A stretch of DNA of 64,000 bases, from assembly GCA_036170915.1 (NCBI GenBank), contig JAVHQC010000016.1:32001-96000 (forward strand), written 5' to 3'. The DNA comes from Cyanobacteria bacterium auto_48_18 (lineage in GTDB: Bacteria > Cyanobacteriota > Vampirovibrionia > Obscuribacterales > Obscuribacteraceae). The translations under genes and the position numbers were made by a program. Below the pieces are notes generated by a model. That model was not told the DNA's origin, ran no database searches, and saw only the letters and a list, made by a program, of their open reading frames with translations. The number at the start of each line of letters is the position of its first letter. Positions within the stretch are counted from its first letter, which is position 1. Shown one piece after another: positions 49,739-58,968 of this stretch.

Positions 49739-51292
49739 TTGTCTTTAATAATGTTGAAAGCGTCTAAAGATCATGTGCTCCACACCAGGCATGGAGAGAG
49801 ATTGAGTACGAAGTACTGCGAGCGGCTGAACATATTGTGCTGCTTATTCGCACTGGCCTACGCCACAGTCATGGCTCTACCGCAGAAAGGTGCTTGTGCA
49901 GAGCAGGAGACACCTTTAAAGTTGCGTCCGGCTATTCCGGTCAACGAGCGAGCACTCACACTGGTTGGTGCTGTGCAATTGGCCGAGACTTCTTTTCCCC
50001 GGATTCTGCAAGAACAAGCTGAAGTCCGGGCGGCTAAGCGCGCCGTAACCCTGCAAAAGGTTAGAGAATACAATCCGGTCTCAATGCTTTCCTATCAAAC
50101 AGTTGCGGGCTCGCACAATCGCCTCACTCAAACACTTTTCTCTACTTCTGTTCTTCCTGCTACCCCTGGGCCAGGTCCTGAGAGAGTGACGATGAAGGGT
50201 GATGCTTTTAGTGGCGCCGGCTTTATTATCGATTGGGCCCCGATTGATTTTGGCCTGCACAAAGCCATGATTGGCAGGGCCAAAACTGAATATGATCTCT
50301 CCAATGCAAGCTACAAATTAACGGTGCTTGATGTAGCGGTTGAGGCTGCCGCTAGCTATCTTGATGCATTGGTAATGCACGAACAAGTGGCCGTTGCCGA
50401 AGCGAACGTTCAGCGGTTTGCTGAATTTAGCAATGTTGTACATGCTCAGGTGTCAGCAGGTCTACAGCCTGGAGCTGATGCTTCCTTGGCGGATGCCCAA
50501 TTAGCTAATGCAAAAAACGATTTGATTCGAGCCCGTTTAAATGATGAATTAGCTCGAGCGGCTCTGGCATTTGCTGTAGGACGCAGCGGCCAGATGGTTG
50601 ACATCGAACCTGGTGGAATTGTTAGCGTCACTGAGCCCGTCGCAACTCAGAAGTCAGCACCAGTATTTGCAAATCATCCACTGGCCCTGCAAGGTCAGGC
50701 CGTCATCTCCACCCGGCTTGCCAGTAAGAAAGTTTTGGATAAAGAATACTATCCGAGATTACGCTGGCTTGGTGGTGTTAACCTCAGGGGCACCACTTTC
50801 AATACCAATCGTGGCGATGTTCCTGCCCCGGATGTGAGCGGTATTTTTCCTGTGGTTCCAAACTGGAATGTGGGTTTGATGATTGATTTCCCCTTCTTTG
50901 ACATCATTCGCATTAAGGCCGAAAAGAAGGTGGTGCTTGAGCGCATAACGGCCGCCCAACACGGTTATGAACTCGCTATTCAGCGACTGAAGAAGGATGA
51001 TGTGCAGGCAAGGGCCATGTTCAATGCTGCTGTGGCGCTGGCAGCCAATATGCCTGTTCAAGTGGAGGCAGCCAACTTAGCTGCCAGACAAGCACAAGCA
51101 CGCTATGAGGCTGGCTTGGCAACAGTTGCTCAAGTGGCGGAGGCCAATCAAATTTTGGCTGACTCGAGAGTGAAAGAAGCGGTGGCCAATGTGGGTGTTT
51201 GGAAGTCGCTGCTTGCAGTAGCTAACGTCCACGGAGATCTACACCCTTTTCTTAAGGCAGCAGACAGCGCTACGCGGAGAGAAAATAAGTAG
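49739..51292 (+). CDS. TolC-family outer membrane efflux protein
   Basis: OEP repeats (V..AA.YLD, YYPRL, ARYEAGL). Start codon uncertain. Confidence 0.85.
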   Translation: MSLIMLKASKDHVLHTRHGERLSTKYCERLNILCCLFALAYATVMALPQKGACAEQETPLKLRPAIPVNERALTLVGAVQLAETSFPRILQEQAEVRAAKRAVTLQKVREYNPVSMLSYQTVAGSHNRLTQTLFSTSVLPATPGPGPERVTMKGDAFSGAGFIIDWAPIDFGLHKAMIGRAKTEYDLSNASYKLTVLDVAVEAAASYLDALVMHEQVAVAEANVQRFAEFSNVVHAQVSAGLQPGADASLADAQLANAKNDLIRARLNDELARAALAFAVGRSGQMVDIEPGGIVSVTEPVATQKSAPVFANHPLALQGQAVISTRLASKKVLDKEYYPRLRWLGGVNLRGTTFNTNRGDVPAPDVSGIFPVVPNWNVGLMIDFPFFDIIRIKAEKKVVLERITAAQHGYELAIQRLKKDDVQARAMFNAAVALAANMPVQVEAANLAARQAQARYEAGLATVAQVAEANQILADSRVKEAVANVGVWKSLLAVANVHGDLHPFLKAADSATRRENK

Positions 51293-54200
51293 ATGTGGCT
51301 AATTCAGTCAGCGATGGGTCGGCCGGTCACGATTGTGGTCATGATCGTTACTCTGGTCTTGTCTGCATTTCTTGCTGCCACCAGCATGAAAGTAGACATT
51401 TTCCCCAACATGAATTTGCCGGTGGTATACGTCATACAGCCTTACGGTGGTATGGACCCTGCCCAATTAGAAGCGTTCGTTGTGGCGCACTATGAGAATC
51501 ACTTTCTCTATATTTCTGGCGTTGATCACATCGAATCGAAATCTATTCAAAACGTAGCTGTTTTGAAAGTAGTTTTTAAGCCAGATACAGATATGGCTGC
51601 AGCCTTGGCCAACGTGGTTGCGCAAGTAGAGCGTTCGCGCTCCAAAATGCCACCAGGGACAGTGACACCTTTTATTCTTCGTTTCGACGCCGGCAATGTG
51701 CCTGTCGGGTATGTCGTTCTGTCAAGTAAGACTGAATCAGTGGCAAAAATAGCCGCCCTGGGCGACGAGCGCGTTCGCCCAATTATTTCAACTATTCCGG
51801 GTGCCACTACAACTCACCCTTTTGGCGGAAACGTCCGCACTATTGTGTTGACTGTTAGTCCAGAGCGAATGCGGGCCCTTCATCTGAGTTCTGACGATGT
51901 TGTCAACGCAGTCACTAACGGCAATTTGATCACACCTTCCGGGCTTGTGCGCACAGGCAAAATGCAGCGGATAGCAAATTTAAATTCTACTGTTCTAGAC
52001 ATCCATGAACTGGAGAAAATTCCAATAAAGCTGGGCGCTGGAGCCACTATCTTCGTTGGTGATGTCGCGACAGTTAGAGATGACATGGACATACCTACCG
52101 GCTGGGCTCTGGTAAATGGCCGACGCACTGTTTTTCTCACAATTTCCAAGTTGTCAGATGCCTCAACCGTTGAAGTTGTTCAGTCTGTGAAGGCTGCTTT
52201 GCCGAGCATGCGAGCGGTTGTACCTGATGACATTGAAATTTCATTCGATTTCGATCAATCAATCTACGTTACCGAGGCAGTAACCGGTCTGATCTATGAA
52301 AGTTCGATTGGCGCCCTGCTCACAGGGCTAATGGTGTTGCTGTTTTTGCGTGATTTGCGCAGTGCGATTATTGTTGTAGTCACTATTCCAATAGCACTTG
52401 CAGCTGCAATTATCGGCTTAAGTTGTTTGGGGCAAACAATAAATATCATGACCCTTGGGGGGCTTTCCCTGGCTGTTGGTGTACTTGTTGACGAAGCCAC
52501 GGTGGCAATTGAAAACATCCACACTCATTTGGATCGAGGCACGCCCCTGTACGCGGGTATTGCTGAAGCCTGTCGCGAGGTAATCACACCGCAGCTATTG
52601 GCCGTCATGTCTGTTATTTCGGTTTTTCTGCCGTCCTTTTTTATGCAAGGCACAACAAAAGCCTTGTTCGTTCCACTGTCTCTGGCCGTCGGCATGGCTA
52701 TGATTGCTTCGTATGTCCTGTCAAACACTCTAGTGCCTGTTCTATGTGGTTGGATGCTCAAGAGTCACAATAAATCTGAGCATCACGGCAAGAACAAAAA
52801 CATCGGCTTTCTGGCAAAACTTCGTCGGGCTTACGCAAGCACTTTAACGCGAATATTCAGGTTCAGATGGCCAGTTTTAATTTCGTACACTCTGGCATCA
52901 ATCGCACTGCTATATTTCATTGTCCCTACTCTGAAAACAGAGATTTTTCCTATGGGAAATCCATCGAGTTTTCAGTTGAGACTAACGGCTCCACCAGGCA
53001 CACGCATTGAGGTTACCGAGCAATACACGCAAAAAGCTCTTCAGATAATCACTGATCAAGTTGGAGAAAAGAACCTCGACATAAGCATCTCGTATGTTGG
53101 CACTCAGCCCCCGAACTTTGCTGTGAGTAACGTCTACATTTGGACCAGTGGCCCCCAGGAGGCAATCGTTTTAGTCTCCCTTAAGCACGGCGCCAATATT
53201 CGCATCAATACCCTGAAGGAGAAGCTCCGAGAAGAGTTGCATAAAGCCCTTCCTGATGTGGCCATATCATTTGAGGCTGGTGACATAGTCAACAAGATTA
53301 TGAATTTGGGTGCGCCAACACCAATACAGATTGATATTACTGGTTCAAATTTACAAACCAATTCACTTTACGCTCAAAAAATCATTGCTGAAATAAATAA
53401 GATTCCTGCTATTCGTGATGCTGTAGTGGTGCAGCCCCTGGCCTATCCGACAATCGATGTTTCGGTTGACCGCGTGCGCGCCGGGCAACTTGGTATAACC
53501 GCTGCTGACGTCAGTAAAGCGCTTGTGCCTGCTGTTTACTCCAGCCGATTTGTAAAACAAATATGGTGGCGTGACCCTCATCATGGCCACTCATATCAAA
53601 TTCAAGTGCAGTATCCTGCTGCAAATATCAGTTCACTTAAGGATGTGGAAGCCATTTCGTTAAAGTCAGGCGTTGCATCAGGCCCTTCTATTGCTGATGT
53701 CGCCCAAGTAAATTATGGCACTATGGTTGGTGAGTATGATCGCTACAATTTGCGTCGAATAATCAGTATTACAGCCAATATTGCCAACGATGATTTGGGA
53801 AGCGCCGCAAGAGAAGTGCAGAGTGCCATTCAGCGTGTTGGTAAGCCACCACGAGGCATGAATGTTGATATCCGTGGACAGGTTCCCATTCTTCACAAGA
53901 CATTCGCAGGCCTGAGTAACGGCCTAGTATTGGCTGTAGTGGCAATTCTCCTCATGCTTGTTGGATATTTCCAGCGCATGAGATTAGCCATGGTGGTAGT
54001 GTCAGTAATACCAGCCATTCTGGTTGGTGTTGTGATTAGCATTAAGCTGACTGACGTAACCCTCAATGTGCAGTCATTTATGGGAGCGATCATGGCAGTG
54101 GGCATTGGCATCGCCAACGCTATCTTGATCGTTGCATTTTCAGAAACAAGGAGAATGGCCGGTGTGAGCTCGGGACCGGCTGCCATTCGTGGTGCAGCCA

Positions 54201-54457
54201 GTCGACTGCGACCGGTTCTAATGACCAGTATTGCCATGATTGTTGGCATGATTCCAATGGCTTTCGGTATGGCTGAAGGGGGAGAACGAACGGCCCCTCT
54301 GGGAATTGCCGTTATTGGTGGCCTTTTATTCTCGCTGGCGGCTGTACTTTTTGTCTTGCCGTTGATATTCGCAGTGGTCCAGAAAGGAGCTTCGGTGGTT
54401 GTGCCGAGTATGCTGATTGACAAAGTTCAACAAAATGAAGAAGGAACACCAGGATGA
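51293..54457 (+). CDS. RND efflux permease (AcrB/CusA superfamily)
   Basis: 1054 aa; DIFP, NIMTLGGL..AVG.LVDEA.V..ENI and RLRPVLMT motifs. Confidence 0.95.
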   Translation: MWLIQSAMGRPVTIVVMIVTLVLSAFLAATSMKVDIFPNMNLPVVYVIQPYGGMDPAQLEAFVVAHYENHFLYISGVDHIESKSIQNVAVLKVVFKPDTDMAAALANVVAQVERSRSKMPPGTVTPFILRFDAGNVPVGYVVLSSKTESVAKIAALGDERVRPIISTIPGATTTHPFGGNVRTIVLTVSPERMRALHLSSDDVVNAVTNGNLITPSGLVRTGKMQRIANLNSTVLDIHELEKIPIKLGAGATIFVGDVATVRDDMDIPTGWALVNGRRTVFLTISKLSDASTVEVVQSVKAALPSMRAVVPDDIEISFDFDQSIYVTEAVTGLIYESSIGALLTGLMVLLFLRDLRSAIIVVVTIPIALAAAIIGLSCLGQTINIMTLGGLSLAVGVLVDEATVAIENIHTHLDRGTPLYAGIAEACREVITPQLLAVMSVISVFLPSFFMQGTTKALFVPLSLAVGMAMIASYVLSNTLVPVLCGWMLKSHNKSEHHGKNKNIGFLAKLRRAYASTLTRIFRFRWPVLISYTLASIALLYFIVPTLKTEIFPMGNPSSFQLRLTAPPGTRIEVTEQYTQKALQIITDQVGEKNLDISISYVGTQPPNFAVSNVYIWTSGPQEAIVLVSLKHGANIRINTLKEKLREELHKALPDVAISFEAGDIVNKIMNLGAPTPIQIDITGSNLQTNSLYAQKIIAEINKIPAIRDAVVVQPLAYPTIDVSVDRVRAGQLGITAADVSKALVPAVYSSRFVKQIWWRDPHHGHSYQIQVQYPAANISSLKDVEAISLKSGVASGPSIADVAQVNYGTMVGEYDRYNLRRIISITANIANDDLGSAAREVQSAIQRVGKPPRGMNVDIRGQVPILHKTFAGLSNGLVLAVVAILLMLVGYFQRMRLAMVVVSVIPAILVGVVISIKLTDVTLNVQSFMGAIMAVGIGIANAILIVAFSETRRMAGVSSGPAAIRGAASRLRPVLMTSIAMIVGMIPMAFGMAEGGERTAPLGIAVIGGLLFSLAAVLFVLPLIFAVVQKGASVVVPSMLIDKVQQNEEGTPG

Positions 54458-55740
54458 CTGATCGTTTTGTGAAAAGGTTTGCAGCTTTGGGATTGGTTGT
54501 CTTCGCCTTGGCCGGATGCGCTCATAAGGAGGAAAGCACAAACTCGCCAACGGAGAATAGTTCAAAGGAAAAAGAGCTTGTGCAAACAGAGACAATTTTA
54601 GTGACAAGCCATTTGCTTAAGCGCAGTGTTCGTATTCCATCTGAATTAGCTGCCTTCAGAGACGTGGAAATTTATCCCAAGGTGCAGGGATTTGTGAAAA
54701 CCATGAATGTCGACCGTGGGGCGGTGGTAAAAAAAGGTCAAGTTTTAGTTGAGATTATCGCACCCGAATTAAATGCCAATTATCGAGAAGCAGAGGCAAA
54801 ATATGAAGCAGTGCAAGAGTCATTGTTCGAAACTCAATCCAAAATTGCCAGCTTGGTAGCCCAGAAAGAAGAAGCTCAGGCAAAGCTTGCTGCTGATGAA
54901 GCAAACTATAAGCGAATTCAAATCGCTGCAAAGACAGCTGGAGCAATTGCTCCAGTTGATTTAGATTTGGCCGAGCAAAAAGTGCGCGGGGATGAAGCGA
55001 AAGTGCGTGCGGCGGCACAGATGGTGATTGCTACTCAGTCAGCTTTGGCCTCGGAGAAGAACAGAGTCAAAGGAGTAGAACAAGCACTGCGTTCAATTCG
55101 AGAAATGAAAGGATATTTGACGGTCAGAGCGCCTTTTGATGGTGTAATTAGCGAGCGGAACGTCCATGAGGGCAGTCTTGTCAGCTCTTCATCTTCAAAT
55201 CCGCCGATGCTGAAAATCGAGCAAATTTCGCCGTTGCGTCTTCTTGTTCCTGTGCCGGAAAATGCTATTGCTGGTGTTAAGAACGGCTCGGAGATGAAAT
55301 TTACGGTGGCAGCGTTTGTCGGCAAACAATTCGCAGCCAAGATCTCACGGGTGAGTCATGAACTTGATCGCAAGACCAGAACTATGATGGTTGAGCTTGA
55401 TGTGCCAAATACTAGTAAAGAGCTTGAGCCTGGTATGTATGCGGACGTACTATGGCAAATGGAGCGACCTTATCAAACACTGTTTGTGCCTGCTTCAGCC
55501 ATCCTTAGCAAAGAGGACAAAACTTACCTTGAGTTTATTAAAGATCAGCGGGCCAAACTGATTCAGGTAGCCCGAGGACAGACCATGGGGAAACTTGTTG
55601 AGGTGGTCGGCGATATAAAGGCTGGAGACGAAGTCGCTTTGCACCCGCACGAAGAAGTAAGTGACCATCTGGTGCACAACAAGTTATTGACCAAGAGTGA
55701 AGTGGAAAAGCTACTCAGTGAGAGCGGTAAGCAGCATTGA
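54454..55740 (+). CDS. RND periplasmic adaptor (MFP) lipoprotein
   Basis: Lipobox LAGC; PKVQG.V....VDRG..VKKGQ, RAPFDG and LEPGMYA motifs. Confidence 0.93.
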   Translation: MTDRFVKRFAALGLVVFALAGCAHKEESTNSPTENSSKEKELVQTETILVTSHLLKRSVRIPSELAAFRDVEIYPKVQGFVKTMNVDRGAVVKKGQVLVEIIAPELNANYREAEAKYEAVQESLFETQSKIASLVAQKEEAQAKLAADEANYKRIQIAAKTAGAIAPVDLDLAEQKVRGDEAKVRAAAQMVIATQSALASEKNRVKGVEQALRSIREMKGYLTVRAPFDGVISERNVHEGSLVSSSSSNPPMLKIEQISPLRLLVPVPENAIAGVKNGSEMKFTVAAFVGKQFAAKISRVSHELDRKTRTMMVELDVPNTSKELEPGMYADVLWQMERPYQTLFVPASAILSKEDKTYLEFIKDQRAKLIQVARGQTMGKLVEVVGDIKAGDEVALHPHEEVSDHLVHNKLLTKSEVEKLLSESGKQH

Positions 55741-55826
55741 CGAGATCTGGTTGCGCCCTGGCTTAGGGTAACAATAAACAAGACTTTAGAATTAAGAATG
55801 CCAAAGGTTTGAGGGCTCGGCGTATA

Positions 55827-56282
55827 TCAGTGGCGATGAGTCTTGTGGTGATTTCTGTAGTCAGCGGCCAAAATCTGATTAGCATTGAACCGTTTGCGAA
55901 TGCGGCTGGCCAGAAAGTAAGTACCAACCTTGCGTGACGGGTTACAACGTTGGTCCAACAGTAAATGTGTCAGAAGTGACAAAGTAATGCCCACCCGGTA
56001 GGGTTGGCGAGATTTACCTCTAAAAAAAAGAAAGAAAAGGGCTATAAGTTCGTATGAATGGAGCGGTAAATAAATCTTTCCGCTGTAATTTTCGTGTGAG
56101 GCTTCTTTCACCTTCGACCAGTTCATAGTCCAGCCATGAGCCCTGACATAGTCAAATATGTGGTCCAAGTCAATTAGAAAACCTACTAAAAAGCTTGCCC
56201 ATGCTGCCTTCGGCGACCTGTAAACATAGTAACTGGCGTAACTTACGCCTGCCGAAGTGATGATGTGACCAACTGTTCTCAT
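55827..56282 (-). CDS. Membrane-bound metal-dependent hydrolase-like protein
   Basis: GH...DLDH...LH...THLLLD pattern with hydrophobic segments. Confidence 0.6.
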   Translation of the reverse strand: MRTVGHIITSAGVSYASYYVYRSPKAAWASFLVGFLIDLDHIFDYVRAHGWTMNWSKVKEASHENYSGKIYLPLHSYELIALFFLFFRGKSRQPYRVGITLSLLTHLLLDQRCNPSRKVGTYFLASRIRKRFNANQILAADYRNHHKTHRH

Positions 56283-56438
56283 AGTTTCATGATTCCCTAT
56301 TTTGCCAGAATCCTTGATAAAATCGGTGCTGCACTCTTTTTGCCGTTGCCCCGGAATTCGTGCTCAGACCGGAGATGGTCTTGAAGTTATACCCGGTGGG
56401 CAATTTCGGCAAACAAACACCTTCGGAGTTTTCAACAA

Positions 56439-57659
56439 ATGCAATCTGTGGCTGGGCCTCTAGGCCGTAAAACGAAGCTATTTTCTGTTAGCGTAGCGCT
56501 CGCCTCTAGTCTCCTCTACGCCACTGCTTTTGATGACTCTACTGCAAGGGCTGATGTTCCAGTTATTCCAGCCTCAACAGCCACCCAGGCCGTTGGTATG
56601 TACAATCTTGGTCTAGCTGCTTACAAACAAGGCAGCCTCGAATCAGCCATTATTTTCTTCCGCCGGGCCACTGATATGGACCCTAATCTGGCTGATGCCC
56701 AGTACAATCTCGGTGTGCTTTATCAGAGCCAACGTCGCTTGAAAGAAGCAATACCGCGCTTTCAGGAAGTTTTGCGCGTTAAGTCAGCCGACCCTGATGC
56801 TCATTTTCAGTTAGGCATTGCTTTGATGGACATGGGCCGCGCTGCCGAAGCTAAGGGGCATTTCAGCGCCATTGCTCCGACCTCGCCGCACTTTGCAGAC
56901 GCTCAAAAACGCATTCAAACTTGTGACGCTCAACTGGCCGGCGCTACTGTGGCTACACCGAGCTATAACCCTGCGCCATCTAATTCAAATTCTGTCGCTC
57001 CGGCCAACAATGCTTTTAACAGCACCGCTAATAGTGCCATGAACCTAAATGCTGGTGGCGATACTACGGCTGTGATTAATCGCAGCGAATATGTAGATCC
57101 TGGCAACACTATCAGCCATGTGGTTCAGCCTGCGCCGTCTCAAGTACAGCAGACTCAACAGCCTCAACAGATTCAACAAGTTCAACAGGCTGCACAACAG
57201 CCTAAACCGATTACGCGCCCCCTTAGCCCGCCTAAAGCCGGCACACCAACTGCGGTGCTCGCCAATTCATCGGCTCGCATCATTGCCACTGGTTTTTCCG
57301 CTCCCAGCGGCCTGACATTTGATCGGCTTGGTAATCTATACGTAGCAAACTACACAAGCAACACAGTCGACCGCATTTCTGCTGATGGCACACGTATGCA
57401 ATTCAGTTCAGGCTCTAACTTGAAGGGTCCTATTGGGCTGGCTGCTGATGACGGCGGTAACATTTATGTGGCCAATTATGATGGTGGCACTGTCGCGCGC
57501 ATCAGTCCTGCTGGAGTTTCTACAATCATTGGTACCGGCTTCAGACAGCCTTATTACCTCACTCTTGATAGAGAAGGCAATTTGTTCGTCAGCCAGCAGA
57601 TTGATAATTCCATCGTTCGCTTGACCTTGCCTCGCCCGGTTGTTTCGCGGAATCAATAA
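56439..57659 (+). CDS. Exported TPR + NHL/beta-propeller repeat protein
   Basis: Signal peptide, three TPRs (ADAQYNLG), Gln/Asn-rich linker and P.GL..D..GNLYVAN repeats. Confidence 0.85.
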   Translation: MQSVAGPLGRKTKLFSVSVALASSLLYATAFDDSTARADVPVIPASTATQAVGMYNLGLAAYKQGSLESAIIFFRRATDMDPNLADAQYNLGVLYQSQRRLKEAIPRFQEVLRVKSADPDAHFQLGIALMDMGRAAEAKGHFSAIAPTSPHFADAQKRIQTCDAQLAGATVATPSYNPAPSNSNSVAPANNAFNSTANSAMNLNAGGDTTAVINRSEYVDPGNTISHVVQPAPSQVQQTQQPQQIQQVQQAAQQPKPITRPLSPPKAGTPTAVLANSSARIIATGFSAPSGLTFDRLGNLYVANYTSNTVDRISADGTRMQFSSGSNLKGPIGLAADDGGNIYVANYDGGTVARISPAGVSTIIGTGFRQPYYLTLDREGNLFVSQQIDNSIVRLTLPRPVVSRNQ

Positions 57660-57660
57660 G

Positions 57661-58353
57661 TTGACAGACCCTGAATTAAAAAGCGCTGAAGAGGCGGCAA
57701 AGCCCAAAAAAATTGTGGCGGCACCACTTGACCCTGCGCGCTTTGATCAAAAGCGCATTGGCGTACAGATGATGGTCGGCAACAAGTTTGTCATGCCATA
57801 CCATTTCATTATGACTCGACTGAAAGTAGAGGGTCGCGAGAATATTCCCAAAGAGGGGTCACTGATTGTGGTGGCAAATCACATTTCTACCTTAGACCCG
57901 CCATTGTTTGCTTACGTTACTCAAAGGCACATGCTTTACATGGCCAAAAGCGAATTGTGGAACAACTGGTTCATGGGCAAGCTACTCGATTGGTTAGGTG
58001 CGCTGCCAATTAATCGCGACAAGCCCCAGCTCTCAACGGTCAAATTTATGCGCCAGATCATGAAGACTGGTTGGTCATTAGGAATGTTCATTGAAGGCAC
58101 TCGCTGCAAGGTGCCAAATTCAATTGGTCGCCCTCATGTGGGCGCTGCTTATTTTGCCAAAGTGACTAACAGCCCAATTTTGCCCATTGGTATTACAGGC
58201 ACCGACAAACCATTTGGACCAGCTCGAGTCAAAATTGGCAAAATCATTCAACCAGGCGATGACTTAGAAGCTAAAACCTGGGAAATCATGGACACATTGG
58301 CAGAGCTCACCGGTTTTCAGATTCTCGAACGCAAGATGGCTGACAAACACTAG
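57661..58353 (+). CDS. plsC: 1-acyl-sn-glycerol-3-phosphate acyltransferase (PlsC family)
   Basis: NHISTLD (HX4D), AK.EL, FIEGTR and ILP motifs. TTG 57661 is the likely start. Confidence 0.85.
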   Translation: MTDPELKSAEEAAKPKKIVAAPLDPARFDQKRIGVQMMVGNKFVMPYHFIMTRLKVEGRENIPKEGSLIVVANHISTLDPPLFAYVTQRHMLYMAKSELWNNWFMGKLLDWLGALPINRDKPQLSTVKFMRQIMKTGWSLGMFIEGTRCKVPNSIGRPHVGAAYFAKVTNSPILPIGITGTDKPFGPARVKIGKIIQPGDDLEAKTWEIMDTLAELTGFQILERKMADKH

Positions 58354-58364
58354 CTCCAGCTCTA

Positions 58365-58901
58365 TTATTTGGTTTTTTCTTCGCCCTGCCAAAGCGGGCC
58401 GGCTTTAAATTTCTCTACAGTGTCAAAACCGCTGTGCCAGAGGTCTTCCAGCACGTAAGACTGCGCGTAACCGGCGTTAACTATCTGCGGCAAGCTGGCA
58501 AAGTTAAGTGAAATACGACGGCTAGGGAAAAGATTATTGGTGCAGTAAACTACCACCGTAGCTTTTTTGTCAGGCACGAATTTTTCCAGGCGAGCCTGGC
58601 TGATGTCGGGGCCAAAATTGATGGCGCCCTTGATGTGGCCTTGATTGTACTCATGCTCGCTGCGCAAATCTAAAATTACCAGCTGGGGTTTTCCGTGTAG
58701 CTTTTCCAATTGCGAAAGAGGCATGGTGTGTTCTTTGATATTGATATTGTTGACCGCAGATTTGTATTCGTTGAAAGTTAGAGGGTTAACCTCAGGTTTT
58801 TCGAGTTGACCTGGCTTTGCTTCGGCCGAGCAGGCAGTAGCTGTGCACAAGGCCAGAAACATTGCTGCGACTTTAACTTGGGTTAGCGGAACTTGCTTCA
58901 T
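58365..58901 (-). CDS. Exported single-domain rhodanese-like protein
   Basis: ILDLRS..EY..GHIKGA and VVYC (active-site Cys) motifs; signal-peptide-like N-terminus. Confidence 0.85.
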   Translation of the reverse strand: MKQVPLTQVKVAAMFLALCTATACSAEAKPGQLEKPEVNPLTFNEYKSAVNNINIKEHTMPLSQLEKLHGKPQLVILDLRSEHEYNQGHIKGAINFGPDISQARLEKFVPDKKATVVVYCTNNLFPSRRISLNFASLPQIVNAGYAQSYVLEDLWHSGFDTVEKFKAGPLWQGEEKTK

Positions 58902-58968
58902 GCTCTAGACCTTCATAATTAATCTGAGGGGGCCTGACAAATGGGTGCTTCAGGTTGATGATAGTAGT

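Noticed and set aside
47785..55740. Assigning the RND operon as Cus/Czc heavy-metal efflux
   Set aside because: Substrate-specific residues could not be confirmed by eye, so it is left as generic RND efflux.
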